This document shows, piece by piece, positions 27,030 to 41,332 of a DNA stretch of 64,000 bases. Under the pieces are notes generated by a model. The model searched no databases. It had not been told where the DNA came from and saw nothing but the letters and a program-made list of their open reading frames with translations. Every line of letters begins with the position of its first letter. Position 1 is the stretch's first letter. The stretch is from Eledone cirrhosa (taxonomy: Eukaryota): assembly GCA_964016885.1 (NCBI GenBank), contig OZ024742.1, forward strand, positions 176,886,001 to 176,950,000, written 5' to 3'. The translations under genes and the position numbers were made by a program.

Positions 27030-29120
27030 TACAAAAAATTATTGTAAGAAAAGCATATAAAGATACACATTGGGGTGTACATGCTGACGGAGTTGATATT
27101 ATGCTGCCGACGTGGATGAATCCACGTATAGACACTTCAAGCAAGGCTACATATGGAGAGTTCATGGTATTAATGTAAAGGGTATGCCCAAACCTGCAGG
27201 ATATATAACAAAATGTATGCAGAATATATTAAAAAATACATACATCTGAATTATATAAGAAAAATATACAAAGATATACATTGGTTTGTACATGAAAAAA
27301 TACATGGGGTGTTACGTAATGGAATGCGTGGAGAATATGCACATACCACTGAAAAGATACACATGCAGGGAGTGTGTTAACAGGCCATAAAGGAGCATAT
27401 CACCGTGGGTGACATAGAGTGCCTTATTGATGTATGGTACGGGACTGAATATCCGTGGAAGTTGAGCCACCGTGTCCCGGCACATGCGATGTTGTTGCCT
27501 AGGATTAGGTCCGTGTCCGATAGGCAGCATAGGTTGGGTCCATTTACCCCACAGGGCATACATAGTCAACAAGATATGGTGTCTGCTCCCTTGGACTCGC
27601 GCCGTCGCTCGGACCGGCGTCCGCTTCCCCACATGCGTTTAACTTGAGCTGTCCGGTTGCGTCCATGCGGAGAATGTGCACCTTCTCTGGTGTCTGCACG
27701 TCATGATAATCTCCGATTTCAGGTTGACCGTAACATCCTTCAATCTGACTATCTCGATGGCCTTGGATAGGCATAGACTACACTTCCTGTTTCCAGCTGA
27801 ATATGCATATGCATGTTGAACGTTACTCCAGTTGAGATCGTACGGAGTGCCATTGTCTTTCAAGTCCCATGTTAGGTCCGCCAGCCTAGTGGAGTCTCTT
27901 GCTCCGGTCCTTGAATGAATTTGTGTGATTATACATCCTCGATTTAAAGGACGTGTATCTTGTGCCGATGTAGGTACGTATGGTGTTGTGCGCATTAACC
28001 GCACATTTATATACTAGGCCCTTCGTTAGGCATCTACTCTGCAGGGGTCATTGTGTGCCCGCTCAGCAGTTGCAAGTTCGGTCGTTATGTTGCTAATTTC
28101 CAACGCAGGGCCCTTGGTCTACCACGGCACTCCTCCGATTCTCTGGGTGCTGTTCTGTCAGTGCGGTGGGCCCCCCTCTACCACTCAGTTACGCCCGGCT
28201 TTCAATTACACCGCCTTCCGCGGGTATGGCGGCCGCTACGGGGATCGGAGTATAGTTGGAGACCCTATCTACAAGGCCCCCCCCCCCCGTGTCGCGCGTG
28301 ACGGTCATTCGCCCGCCGCTGTTGACGGTCGAGTTTCCCCAACTTCATAGCGTTGGTTTTGGCCATGTAGTCTGCCATGTTGGATGCGGTGCAGAAGGAG
28401 AACTTCACCGTGTGGCGGTTGAATATCCTGTGGTACCTGCGTGACGGCGAAAAGCACTCGTCTAACGCTTGGAAGAAGAGGCCTGGCACATTGCTGCATA
28501 CATGCTTCGAATACGGCATTAAACCATGTAATGGTCTTAGACCTTGTTCTATTCCGTCGTCTATGTGTAGTAGTGGTAATGTGTGTTCGGTCAGGTATCC
28601 GTCTCGGGTTGTCTGACCGTTATTTCGTCCCCTATGTTACCGCTTTCTAAATATCTACCGTGTGCGTCGGGGTTTCGCCGTTCGCTTACTGAAGTATTCC
28701 ATTCTATGATGTCGGCTCTACTGGTAGTGCCGTTAATGCTATCTGGTGCTGTTGTCGGGACTATTTCATTGCGGGTGTTTCTTCTACCTGGTTTCACGTC
28801 CGTATCTGTATTTACCCTGTCTCTAGTTCTAGTGTCCGCGTCGCGTATTGTGTCCGTGCCGGGATTCCGTCTGCGTGTACTGCGTGGTCTGCCATCCGCG
28901 TGTGTCTTCGTCTGTCTTAGTGTCAGTCTTGCATCCTTGCGGTAATCAATACTGCTACTCCTATACATAGATGTTAGTTCCGGGTTGTACTGTCTACCTG
29001 TGGAAGTACTATTGCTCTCCTCACATCCGGGTGTCTCGCCGCTAGGCCCTACCCTGTCCAGGGTGTACACTATGGCGTCTGTGTAACTGGCCCTGTGCAG
29101 TGCTTCATTATAATAGTGCT
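27030..29120 (-). mobile_element. GC-richer Hydra-clade-like PLE 3' portion (thumb, long linker, GIY-YIG, 3' UTR), decayed
   Basis: YYNEALHRASY...PYSKHVCSNV...YHRIFNRHTVKFSFCT...GLVYKCAV...YIGT...CSLC...NLKSEIIMTCRHQ. Confidence 0.85.
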
Positions 29121-29269
29121 CTGTAGAACAACTGATGTTATTACATTAAGCTATTTATCTTACTGGTAATAAGGTAGTAATAAATTACTGTCTTTCAATG
29201 TTTAGGGTTTAACATATATATAACTATAACACGTTTTAGTATATACATAACCATAAATAGTATCTTTAA

Positions 29270-29328
<59 letters not shown>

Positions 29329-29369
29329 CGATATTAAACAAATGGAAACTATATTTATAAAACCATATT

Positions 29370-29435
29370 TATTTCATTATACATATTTCAGGGATACCAT
29401 ATTAAAAATATGGCATGCCTTCTTCAGATAAAATA
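29370..29435 (-). ncRNA. Intact minimal hammerhead (family E)
   Basis: TATTTTAT-CTGAAGA-AGGcATGCCATAT tttta ATATGGTATcCCT-GAAA-TATGTA-TA-ATGAAATA. Confidence 0.85.
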
Positions 29436-29662
29436 CAATATATAAGCAGTTTTATAAATAAATTTGACGTACCATAAATATTGATCAACTTTTATGTAAG
29501 AAGTTGGTTTGGTAGTGAGATGTTTATAAATATTTAGTGTTAAGCACAGTTAGAAAGAAAGACGGAGAAAAGGAAGAAATGTATGTAAAGAAAAACAGAG
29601 AGAGATAGAGAGAGATAGGGGAGAGAGAAATAGTGAGGAGGTGAACAATGAGAGGCAGGAAA

Positions 29663-30583
29663 TACTATAGTGAACTTTGTTCAAGAACGTATCTCAAGAA
29701 TTTCATCTAATAAAAATATTTTCGACGAAAAAGCGCAGTATTACAATGGAGCGTTAGCTAGAGCAAGATATAGTGATAACATTAAGTACGTCGATAATAA
29801 TAGGCAAACTAACCAAAATAACAGCAATTTTAATTGCGGTAACAACTTTAACAACTATAATAGAAAACATTACAATAATTCCAAAAGCCAGAAAAGAAAT
29901 AGAACTAGAAATATAATATGGTTTGCCCCCCCCCCCCCCCCCTTTTCTCACTAAATATTAAAACCCACATTGCTAAACTATTTTTTAATGCTCTTGACAA
30001 ACGCTTCCCTAGAACACATAAATATCACTCAATTTTTAATAGACATACTATAAAATTAACTTACTCGTCCACCAAAAATTTAGCACAAAATATTAACAGA
30101 ATAAATAATAGGAATCTAAAACCTAGCCAAAATACCGATAATAGCCTAAACAATATTCAATTAAACAACTGTAACTGTAGAAATAAATCTAAATGTCCGT
30201 TAAATAACAATTGCTTAGATAAAAATATAATATACAATTGTAATGTTAAAACTAACTTAAATTCTTTTAACTATGTTGGTTCCACCTCGACAGAATTTAA
30301 ACTTCGCTATAATAATCATAAGGATTCTTTCACAGATCCAAACAAAAAATCTTCAACTTCACTATCAGGCTTACTCTGGCAACTTAAACATGATAACGTT
30401 GGATATTCGATGTTTTGGAATATAGTCTCAAGAGGGATTCCTTTTAATTCCTCATCTGAGACATGTGACCTCTGCGTGGAGGAGATATTCTTTATATTAA
30501 AATCTAAAAATTCCCTTAATTTAAGGAGCAATTTATTCAGTTGCTGCAGACATAGATTGTACTCAACGTTTAAATATAAATAA
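29663..30583 (+). pseudogene. Hydra-clade-like PLE 3' ORF fragment (RT thumb + GIY-YIG) with a frameshift at the poly-C run
   Basis: RISRISSNKNIF...YYNGAL...IIWFAPP; CNCRNKSKCPLNNNCLDKNIIYNC...YVGSTSTEFKLRYNNH...CDLCVEE...LNLRSNLFSCCRH. Confidence 0.9.
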
Positions 30584-32026
30584 AAATTTAAAATGTAGTA
30601 TATTTAGTTCAGATATTTAATTAATTATGAAAACTGACGATACATCTTTCGATTCCTTCAACTTTTTCTTTTAAACCTTCTTCATAAATATATACTAATG
30701 ATGTAATTAAACTACCCTAAAATGTTGATGCTCCCAATCTATTGAATAAATTTTACGCTAGATAAACTTCTATACTAAATATAAGAGTATCTGTAGAACA
30801 ACAGGGTCTCCTAAATCTTTTAAATGATTTCTGCTAAATAAGTTTTGTCGAATAATTTTTGGTTTTTTGTTTGCTTTTTGATTCTGATTGCTTATAATGA
30901 ACTTGGCAATATATTGTCAGATAAATTGGAAGGGTAGATTTCTGTGGTTGATATGGGGGGCATACTGTGTTTTTTACGGTCCTAGATACTCTAGGGAGTG
31001 ATGACAATATTCTTAACGTTTTGATATCTCTGTGCCGATATATTAATATCTGTTGTCTCTGTGCAAAGGCCATATGTATTGATATGAATATGGAATGATT
31101 ACAGAGTATATTCTATTTTATCTGTTTATTTTATCTGTCCATGTACATATATGTGCGAACGCATATATATATATAAGTATGTGTGGCTATAGTTCTGGAT
31201 ATGTTACAGATGTGCATAATATTCTATACATGAACGATAATCATGTATGTGAGGGCAGGAATATTAATATTAATATATATTTTTATGTATATATATGTAT
31301 GTATATATATATAGTAAAATCTTTTATAACACAAGGGAAAATTTCTTTCCTGTGAAATAAGAAATTACAGAGTTGATCACGTAAGATCACGGGTATGTCT
31401 ATAGTGTCAACTAGAACTTGAGATGACCTTCTCTTTTTCTCTTTCTTTCCGGAAAGTACATATATACTTATGTATTTCCGTATTTTTTGAAGTTTTATCT
31501 CAGTTTTTGGTACATCGACCTAAGAATTTTTAAACTAAACATATGGTCATTATTTTTCACACATTATATATCTATGTCTCATTCATGAATATTGATATTT
31601 ACATTATAATACCCAATTCATATGAATTGATAATTCAAATTGATAGGACATAACGTAAAGTTGTAAATCTATCATCCTTCTCTCTAGATATAGCTCTCTC
31701 TTCCCCTCCCTCTTTATACATGATGAAATTTAAGTATCGGTTATTTTAACTTTGCCTCTCGAGCTTCTCTCTTGTTTTCTCTCTCACTTCCCTCCTACTT
31801 CTCTCACCTCCCCATATATCATTATTATTATTTGGTCTACCTCTTTTTCCCCCCACCTCTATCTTTCTCTACCTCTTTGTTTTCTCTTTATTTATTTTTT
31901 ATTTCTCTCCGTCTCCTTAACACTATAACTAAATAAATAAATAAATAAATAATTACAGTACTCCCGCCCTCCTAAATCTCTCAATTTGTATGATGAATTA
32001 TTATTATTATTCATCTGTTGCCTCAG

Positions 32027-32442
32027 CTGCCTCTCATTTTTCACCTCCTCACTATTTCTCTCTCCCCTATCTCTCTCTATCTCTCTCTGTTTTTCTTTAC
32101 ATACATTTCTTCCTTTTCTCCGTCTTTCTTTCTAACTGTGCTTAACACTAAATATTTATAAACATCTCACTACCAAACCAACTTCTTACATAAAAGTTGA
32201 TCAATATTTATGGACGTCAAATTTATTTATAAAACTGCTTATATATTGTATTTTATCTGAAGAAGGCATGCCATATTTTTAATATGGTATCCCTTTAAAT
32301 ATTTATAATGAAATAAATATGCATTTATAAATATAGTTTCCATTTGTCTAATATCGTATATCTACTCCAAAACTTGTTGAGTGCTTTATATCAGTTATAA
32401 AATATTTACTTGTTGTAACCCAACAATTTTAAATAAAACTTT

Positions 32443-32445
<3 letters not shown>
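32027..32445 (+). mobile_element. Family E pLTR, inverted partner of 29326-29662; HHR at 32249-32314 has GAAA mutated
   Basis: Reverse complement of 29326-29662. Confidence 0.85.
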
Positions 32446-32494
<49 letters not shown>

Positions 32495-32496
<2 letters not shown>

Positions 32497-32939
32497 TGTA
32501 AAAGTTCTATTTAAATTGTTCGGATACAACAAGCAAATATTTGTATAACTGATATAAATCACTCAACATAAAATTGGAGTAAAAGTACGATATTAACAAA
32601 TGGAAACTATATTTATAAAACCATATTTATTTCATTATACATATTTCAAGGACACCAAGTTAAATTATATGGTGTACCTTCTACAGATAAAATATAATAT
32701 AGAGCAGTTTTATAAATAAATATTGACATACCCTTAAATAATGCAACCATTACTATCCAGTAGCTTCCAACAGTAATGGTTGCATTCTTTAAGGGTATGT
32801 CAATATTTATTTATAAAACTGCTCTATATTATATTTTATCTGAAGAAAGCACACCATAATTTAACTTGGTGTCCTTGAAATATGTATAATGAAATAACTA
32901 TGGTTTTATAAATATAGTTTCCATTTGTTAATATCGTAT
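32495..32939. mobile_element. Family E fold-back element: head-to-head pLTRs with HHRs at 32628-32694 (-) and 32832-32896 (+)
   Basis: Palindrome 32586-32939 centred ~32764; plus HHR TATTTTAT-CTGAAGA-AAGcACACCA...TGGTGTcCTT-GAAA-TATGTA-TA-ATGAAATA. Confidence 0.87.
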
Positions 32940-33296
32940 ATATACATATATATATATATAATGGAAATCGAAAAATTAGTTATGCATCGGAACTCAATTG
33001 TTTCCCCGGCGAAAAGCTCGAGGTGCGATTCGCATGTGGATCTACCTGACTCTAGACTCGCAAGTTCATCGGACACGTCTATTAATTTCGGATCATCTCC
33101 TCTTTCTAGGATTTTCTGGCCCTACAAGCCTATATCTTCCACCTTCATCCGCTTTGCGCATCCTTGGGGTGATCACTGCTTAGTGACGTCATCTTATTTT
33201 GACCATTTGTAGCAGCCCGCTGACCGTCAGAGCGTGAGCTGTCACTCACCCACTGCCCCATCGGCAAAATTACTGCTGTTTATCATCTCACACTCC

Positions 33297-33368
<72 letters not shown>

Positions 33369-33719
33369 TACACACACACACACATATACACACACACATA
33401 CACACACACACACACGCTTATACACAGACACAGACACATACACGCACTTGTATATATACATGCACACACACACACACGTACGCATCCGTACCTAATCATA
33501 CACATACACTCACACACAGATATATATATATATACACATATATTCATTTACGCACACACATCTGCACATCTGCACATACATATGCATACATGCACACATA
33601 CATATATATATATATATATATACACCCACCCACATGCCCACACACACACATGCACACATATGTCTACACACACACACACACACACATATATACATACACA
33701 CACACATATATATATATAT

Positions 33720-34520
33720 ACAAAACATACGTGTAAGAAAAGCATATAAAGATACACATTGGGTTGTACATGCAGACAGAGTTGATGCTATGCTGTTGAC
33801 GTGGATAAATCCGCGTATAGACACCTCAAGCAAGGCTACATATGGAGAGTTCGTGGTATTAATGTAAAGGGTACGCACAGACCCTATATAGTAAATGCAT
33901 GTACGATATATAACAAAATGTATACAGAATATATAAAAAAATACATACATCTGAATTATATAAGAAAAGTATACAAAGATATACATTGGTTTGTACATGG
34001 AAAAATACATGGGGTGTTACGTAATGGAGTGCGTGGAGAATATGCACATACCACCGAAAAGATACACATGCAGGGAGTGCGTGAACAGGCCATAAAGAGA
34101 GCATGTCACTGTGGGTGACATAGAGTGCCTTATTAATGTATGATACAGGACTGAATATCCATGGAGCTTGAGCCACCGTGTCCCGGCTCATGCGATGTTG
34201 TTGCCTAGGATGACGTGCCGTGTCCGATAGGCAGCATAGGTTGCGTTGACTTACCCCACAGGGCATACATAGTCAACAAGATATGGTGTCTGCTCCCTTG
34301 GTCTCGCGCCGTCGCTCGGACCGGCGTCCGCTTCCCCGCATGCGTTTAGCATGGGCTGTCCGGTTGCGTCCATAGGGAGAATGTGCACCTTCTCTGGTGT
34401 CTGTACAACATGATCATCTCCGGTTTCAGGTTGATCGTATCATCCTTGAATCTGACTATCTCGATGGCCTCGTATAGGCATATACTACACTTCCTGTTTC
34501 CAGCCGAATATGCATTTGCA
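33720..34520 (-). mobile_element. Second copy of the GC-richer PLE 3' end
   Basis: Collinear with 27030-27812; AYSAGNRKCSIC...NLKPEMIMLYRHQ. Confidence 0.9.
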
Positions 34521-34910
34521 TAAATTATGAGAAGAGGGACAGACCCGACAGTTTCGATATTACTATGGAATCGAGTGACTCTGCGCATGTGACGGAGCTG
34601 GTGAGAATATATCTCTTCCAAAGGCTAGCGGAGGAGATCCGATAGATCGGCGGAGGAATATATAGAGACGACGCACTATTTAACTTCCGCTCCCTAAACC
34701 CTAGCCAGCTGGCGTGTATGAGGAAGCGCATATCACATTTTTTTAAGCAACAAGTCTTATCCGTACTGATAGATCCGAGCACTAAGACGATGAATTTCCT
34801 TGATGTTACTCTGGAACTGAATACGGGCATACATCGCCCATACCACAAGCCCAACGAGAACCTGCAATATGTAAACAGGCACTCAAACCTCCCCAAGTCC
34901 GTCATAGACG
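34521..34910 (+). pseudogene. PLE RT core fragment in inverted orientation to the preceding 3' end
   Basis: FDITMESSDSAHVTELV...GGIYRDDAL...NFLDVTLELNTGIHRPYHKPNENLQYVNRHSN. Confidence 0.88.
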
Positions 34911-35248
34911 CGTGGATACGCGTTTGGATACCCCTTTTAATAAAGGGGTATCCAAACGTGGGTTTAAATTTTGGAAGGAGTGTCGGAAGCGGTGCTGGCA
35001 TGACGCGAACACTTCTGATTTTTTATTAAGGAGTTTATGGTTTGAGAAGATAATAGTATGGGTCTCTAGTAGACAGAGGTTACAAAATTTATTATTTATT
35101 TTAATATGATTTTAATTATTGAATGTAAATTGCCATGATAAAATATTATAATGGATGTCACCCCACTGTGCACTGATATATACATATATTTCTGGATGTC
35201 GCTTGTGTTGGAAAGGAGGTCATTTATGAAAACAATCATTGAAAAATT

Positions 35249-35286
35249 GCTCCGAAGACCACGGTTTGGACGAAACAATTGTAAGC
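35249..35286 (+). ncRNA. Degenerate minimal hammerhead
   Basis: GCT-CCGAAGA-CCAcggttTGGac-GAAA-CAATTG-TA-AGC. Confidence 0.55.
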
Positions 35287-36191
35287 TAATAAATGGTTTG
35301 AACAGAACTTTGATTCATATGATTGCTATATATCTCTATATATATATATTTATATAAGAAAAGTCGATATATATATATGTATATATATATATTTATATAA
35401 GAATAGTTAACACTGTAAAACCACATGAAAACAATACAATACAATGATGATATGTGTTAATGTAATACTTGATATGGTTGGAAAAGAATATATTAGACTA
35501 TTTTTGCTCATCACACGCTCTTTATTATCATAACTCTCAACAACAGAGCCATATATAGTACTAAGGTTGTTGATTGTTATGATTAAAGTCATCATTATCA
35601 TTATTATTGCTGTTGTTCGTTGATATATTTTTTGGTAGAAGGGAGGGGGCTGTTGTTTTCATGACATGGTTCGTAAATAATTTTCTTTTCTTTTTACTGT
35701 ACAATATTTTAACAAAATTTTTACAGAATATTTTTAATTAATATATATTTGCCGTTATTGTTCATTTTTTCTGCCTATTCTCTTTTTACAAATAGATTAC
35801 TCCACCACCGCCATTCGTCTATCGTCTGTGTGTCGTTATTAATATGCATTTCCTCTGTCATATCTTATATATCATACACAAGCCAACCCATGCTTCCATG
35901 TTCACCATTTTCTTTTATACTAATTTCCTCACAAGAAGTTATTTCTTTTCTTTTGGAATTAATAATATATTTCCATTTTTCAATATCCTCACCGGAATAT
36001 GTTTATATTTATCATGTGTTGCACACACAAATACACACAAACAACACGCATAGATATATATGTATGTATATGTATATATGTATGTATATGTGTATATGTA
36101 TACATATATATACAAATATAAATATGTAAATATATATATATATATATATGTGTAATATATATATAATATATATATACATATAAATTGTGTA

Positions 36192-36285
<94 letters not shown>

Positions 36286-36289
36286 GTAT

Positions 36290-36356
<67 letters not shown>

Positions 36357-36642
36357 CCTTCATATATATTCACACAAATACTTACGTGTGTGTATATATT
36401 TACATATGTGTGTGTATTGCATCTGTTTATGGTTTGTTGTAATTTCTAAGCCATTGCCTCCGGTCTTGCGAGCATTGGAATCTTTCTTTCTACAGTTGAA
36501 GTTTCTTCGGTAATGTTTTTAAGACGTTCATTATATTCAACATTCCTCTGTATACGCACTAATCTCTCCTTCTCTTTATCTCCGTCGCCCCCTCTCTATG
36601 TCTCTCTCCCTCTTGCTCGCTCTCTCTCTTTCCGTCTTTATC

Positions 36643-36761
<119 letters not shown>

Positions 36762-36988
36762 ACAGTTATATACATTTGAATAGATGCACACTCACTGAAA
36801 TGCATATTAATTTCTGTTTACCGAGACATGTATTCATATACGTACACACACATGCATATGTATATACATATGTATATGCTTGACACACAGGCATATATTT
36901 ATATATGCATGTGCGTAGTGTTAATGCATATGCGGATATTCATAAACGTTTTTTTTTCTGTCTAGTTGTATATTGTATGTAGTTAAAG

Positions 36989-37107
<119 letters not shown>

Positions 37108-37656
37108 TCTGTACGTGTGTGTATATATGTAAATATGTGCGTTGCGTGTGTGTATATATATATATATATACATACAATATATATAGATTGAGAGAATGTG
37201 AGGGAGAGAGAGAGAAAGAGTGCTAGAGTGGGGGTGAGAAGCCGAATTTAGGAAACACAAGCTATAATTTTGTAAATGTAGAATTAAAGAAAAAATATAT
37301 GCAAGGAAATGACGAAATAATTCTTCTATACAAATATGTGTACTGAATATCATAGGCATAATTAAATATTTTTGTAAGGATTTTTTAACCCTTGCTTCAA
37401 AGGAAAGTAATTTTCTCTTTAATGATTTACGATTTTTCAAAATTATTTATGGAGGCTTTCATTTTTATATATATATAGCTTTTTGCTTGTTTGTTGTTTT
37501 CGTTTTCGTAATCCTAATAAATATATTTATTTCATTCATTTTTAAGCATCGACTTCCTAAGAATTATCGAAAATTTCAACTGTCTAAGTAATTCCATATA
37601 TCTACATATTTTTATGTATATATGCACACTCACGTTACACACACACCCTTATATAT

Positions 37657-37709
<53 letters not shown>

Positions 37710-38204
37710 AATATATATATATGTGTGTGTCGTGGGCTGCGTGTGTGTGTATGCGTGTGTTAGCATGTGTGTATAGTGCAGTTGTTATTTGGACTAAGGT
37801 TTGTAGTTTAAACATCTTATCTTCCAGTGATTTCGTGTAAAGAGATTTTAGACATAAATCATTAGAAATGTTTACGTGTTTTCTCAGTACTATTCACTAA
37901 ACTGTATTGCACGTTTTCCTCAAAGCGCATATTACATACAAACCCAATCAATATGTTGTAAAAACGACATCATCAATAACATGTGTTGACGTAAAATACA
38001 GCATTGGCAGCAACCGCAGCAGTATTACTGAAAGCATACATTTGTATAAAACTTTATAGAAAACTATTATAGAAAAAAGGAAATATGGAATAAATATTTT
38101 TTAATGGGTTGAAAAAATTCAAATGAAATTAATATATGAATGAATAAAGTTAGCGGAAATGTAAGTTACATTTAGTCTATATTCCTTTATATATATGTAC
38201 ACAC

Positions 38205-38249
<45 letters not shown>

Positions 38250-39130
38250 GTCTGGTCTCTCTCGAGCACTACTGGTAATATGTAACCCAATACAACCTCT
38301 ACCATAGTCAGGTCGGTGGCGGCTACACCAGCCCCGCTTCAAGATTGGTTGTTAGGGGGGCGGATTTTGGCACAACTTGCGTTATGAAAAACAATACCTG
38401 TTAAAGTGATGAGGATCTCACGGCAGTCATTGGTTATCAAATAAAGTATGTTTATATGAATTTCTTTTTGTTTTTCTGGTGTGGAGGGTGTATCTGGGCA
38501 TCCTTGAAGAATTAAATAACATTTCTGTTACAAGGTCTGTGATGGACCACTCATAGATGGTGACATTTGGCACCCAAAGGCGAAGACAAATACATCTATC
38601 ATCTGACCAGCTGCTGCGGTATGACACTGGTGCCAGCATGGATTTACCTGTCCTTGCTCGCTGGAGATCATTACTGTTGTAATGCAACATCACTATTGCC
38701 ACTCTGTGAGAGACCCGCCTTCTTGGATATGACAGCATCCTAGATCACATACTTCTGGATTGGGAAGAGGGTGGAAGAAAGAAGCGAAGCTGGTATTGAT
38801 CTTTCAATGCGGAACTCCATTACTCTACATCTGGAGGAAGACACAACAGCAGTTAATGAAAGGATAAAGACAAAGTGACTGCCACAATACAAAATCTCTA
38901 CGCTACAGTTGTCTGTATCTGCGCCCCCATAATAACGAAACGTCAGAAAGTGAAATAAAAAGCGATACAAGGCTGTGAGAGGTCCTTTGCAAAGTTCGTT
39001 TCAAAGAAAGGTTGATAATTGCATGAGATTCCAATGTAAGAGTACAGAGGGGTACGGAGAAATGGTCTTGTGTGATAGGAAAACGTGTAGTAGAAAAGTG
39101 CAACTTAAACGGTGAATTTCTAGCACGCTG
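38250..39130 (+). mobile_element. Heavily decayed LINE 5'/APE-endonuclease region (RTE-like)
   Basis: Remnant motifs (atcactattgccactctgtgagagacccgc ~ I.IA.L.ETR; tgcaacttaaacggtgaatttcta ~ N.NG..L) broken by many stops. Confidence 0.4.
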
Positions 39131-39159
39131 CTCCGATCTCTACCTGATAAGGGTATATG

Positions 39160-39706
39160 ATACAAATCACCGAAGAGAAGATCACAATAAAGTATTCAAA
39201 ATAATACTTCACAAGCATCATTCCCTGAGGATAAACTCAGCTTCAAGCAACCTAAATATTAGGAGCCTGGCCCAAAATCCCTAGATGTAATTTGATTGCA
39301 GTTTCTGAATCGAAAAATAAATCCGACCGCTCCAATAGATGGATATGACAATCATTATCAGAGAAAATTTTCATCGGAGGGTTTCTGTTAGGTATTATTT
39401 TTTATTTTATTGTACCCTGCCGAATCAATGAGAGTTGATAAAATTTCCTTCAACATGTTTCTATATTTATTCTTATACCTTACAGAAACTTTCTGATGAA
39501 GAATTGCTCTGGTAATGTTAGCCATATCAATATATCGGAATGGTTGATTTATTCCTCAATTCAGATTCTGTAATAAAATTACAATCAGGGATTTTTGGCC
39601 AGGATCCTTATATTTAGATTGCTTGAATGTGAGTATATCCCTAGAGAATAATGCTTGTGAAGTGTTCCTTCGAGTACTTTACTGTGATCTCACCTTCAGT
39701 GATTTG
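39160..39706. repeat. Old, diverged inverted repeat with ~230-bp arms
   Basis: 39160-39392 versus the reverse complement of 39478-39706 (e.g. cttcacaagcatcatt / aataatgcttgtgaag). Confidence 0.75.
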
Positions 39707-39790
39707 CTTAAGATACATTCTATTTGTGTTTGCTTCACTGAATAAGATCTTTTAACGATCTCTTTTCAATATATATATATATACGTGTGT

Positions 39791-39843
<53 letters not shown>

Positions 39844-39858
39844 TGGGTGTGTGGGTGT

Positions 39859-39963
<105 letters not shown>

Positions 39964-40163
39964 TGTGTGTGTGTATTTATGCTGTTCTATGGATGCCGTC
40001 GTTGAACCTTCTGCAAAAGCACAACTCGGAAATATCAAATATGTATGTATGAATGTAATAATTCTAACCTAAGCCCAGCTAAGTAATATATATTATGTAA
40101 TATGCATGTACAGTACAGGTACTGTGTATATACGTATGTCACTATCAATATGTAATATACACA

Positions 40164-40349
40164 AGGGCGGTCGATTGGCAGTATCGGTAGAGGGTCGGAC
40201 GCCATGCTTTCCAGCATAGTTACGTCCCTTTACGATCTGAGTTCAAATCCCGCCGAGGTTGACTTTGCCTTTCATCCTTACGGGGTCAATAAAATAAAAG
40301 TACCAGTAATGCACTGGGTATTTTGCTGGCCTTGTTCCTAAAGTAGAAA
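40164..40349 (+). mobile_element. tRNA-derived SINE family 1 with 18-bp TSD
   Basis: A-box tggcagtatcgg, B-box gagttcaaatcc; TSD caatatgtaatatacaca at 40146-40163 and 40350-40367. Confidence 0.9.
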
Positions 40350-41332
40350 CAATATGTAATATACACATGGTCTTAGCTTGGCAGACGCGTTTAGGAAGTA
40401 TCTTCGCAATTATTCGGTCAATTCATATTAGGTAAAAGAAGCAGCCCTCTAGCAATTTCAGATACAAATTCTAATGGCATCATATTTCGTTGGGGCTCCA
40501 TATTTACATGCGGCGTTTCTTGGGCTCGCTTAAACTTGGGGAACCCATCACCTATGCAGGTCTTGACACAGCATATATCTTCCTGAGAGATATAAAGAAG
40601 TGGTATTGAAGAAGGATCATCGCCATTTCTAGACACGTACTTTTATATCGACCTCGACATAATGAAAGACAAGCTTGACACCGCTGAGAGTTGAAGCTAG
40701 AGAGCGCAAGGAGCTGGAACGAATACTACAAAGCATTATATCCGATGTTCTAACGACTCTGCCAATTCACCGCTAAGGCATCATAACTACTGCTGCTATG
40801 TTATATTGATCGCAGAATAGATTTTACGGAGGTTTTCAAAATACTTCTCCAGCAACTATTGAACATAGATATATATCGTTGCTTTTGTTAATTAACTAGA
40901 ATAACACCTTCAATATATTTTCGTTTGACATCTGTGTTTAATTATGACACACTTCATTTCGTTCCATATAATACATTTTCGAGCAGAAAGATAAGCGTAT
41001 GTAATCTGTAATCTCGCAGGTATCGATTACTGTATGTAGAACATAGCTTGCCAGGAGCATACTACATACATGTTCTTAACCAATATATATTATTTTTCTG
41101 GTTTCATTCATTTCACTGAGACCATACTGGAGTACAACACTGAAAGGATTTAGTCTCTAATATTGTCCCCACTGCTTAAGCTTTCAGGTCGAACCGACGT
41201 TACGAGATATAATCACAAACATAGAGGCATATATAAACACCCAAACACATATATAAATATATATCCACACACACACACATACATATATGTTCGAGTATAT
41301 ATATTTATAAATATACATATATATATATATAT

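Noticed and set aside
29121-30802. 12-bp direct repeat ctgtagaacaac at 29121 and 30791 as a TSD
   Set aside because: Joining the outer flanks does not restore the expected PLE reading frame motifs; significance unresolved
33075-33192. Minus-strand acgtc...gatcc-GAAA-TTAA-TA-gacgt as a long-helix-II HHR
   Set aside because: The core reads ctaagca rather than CUGANGA; too degenerate to call
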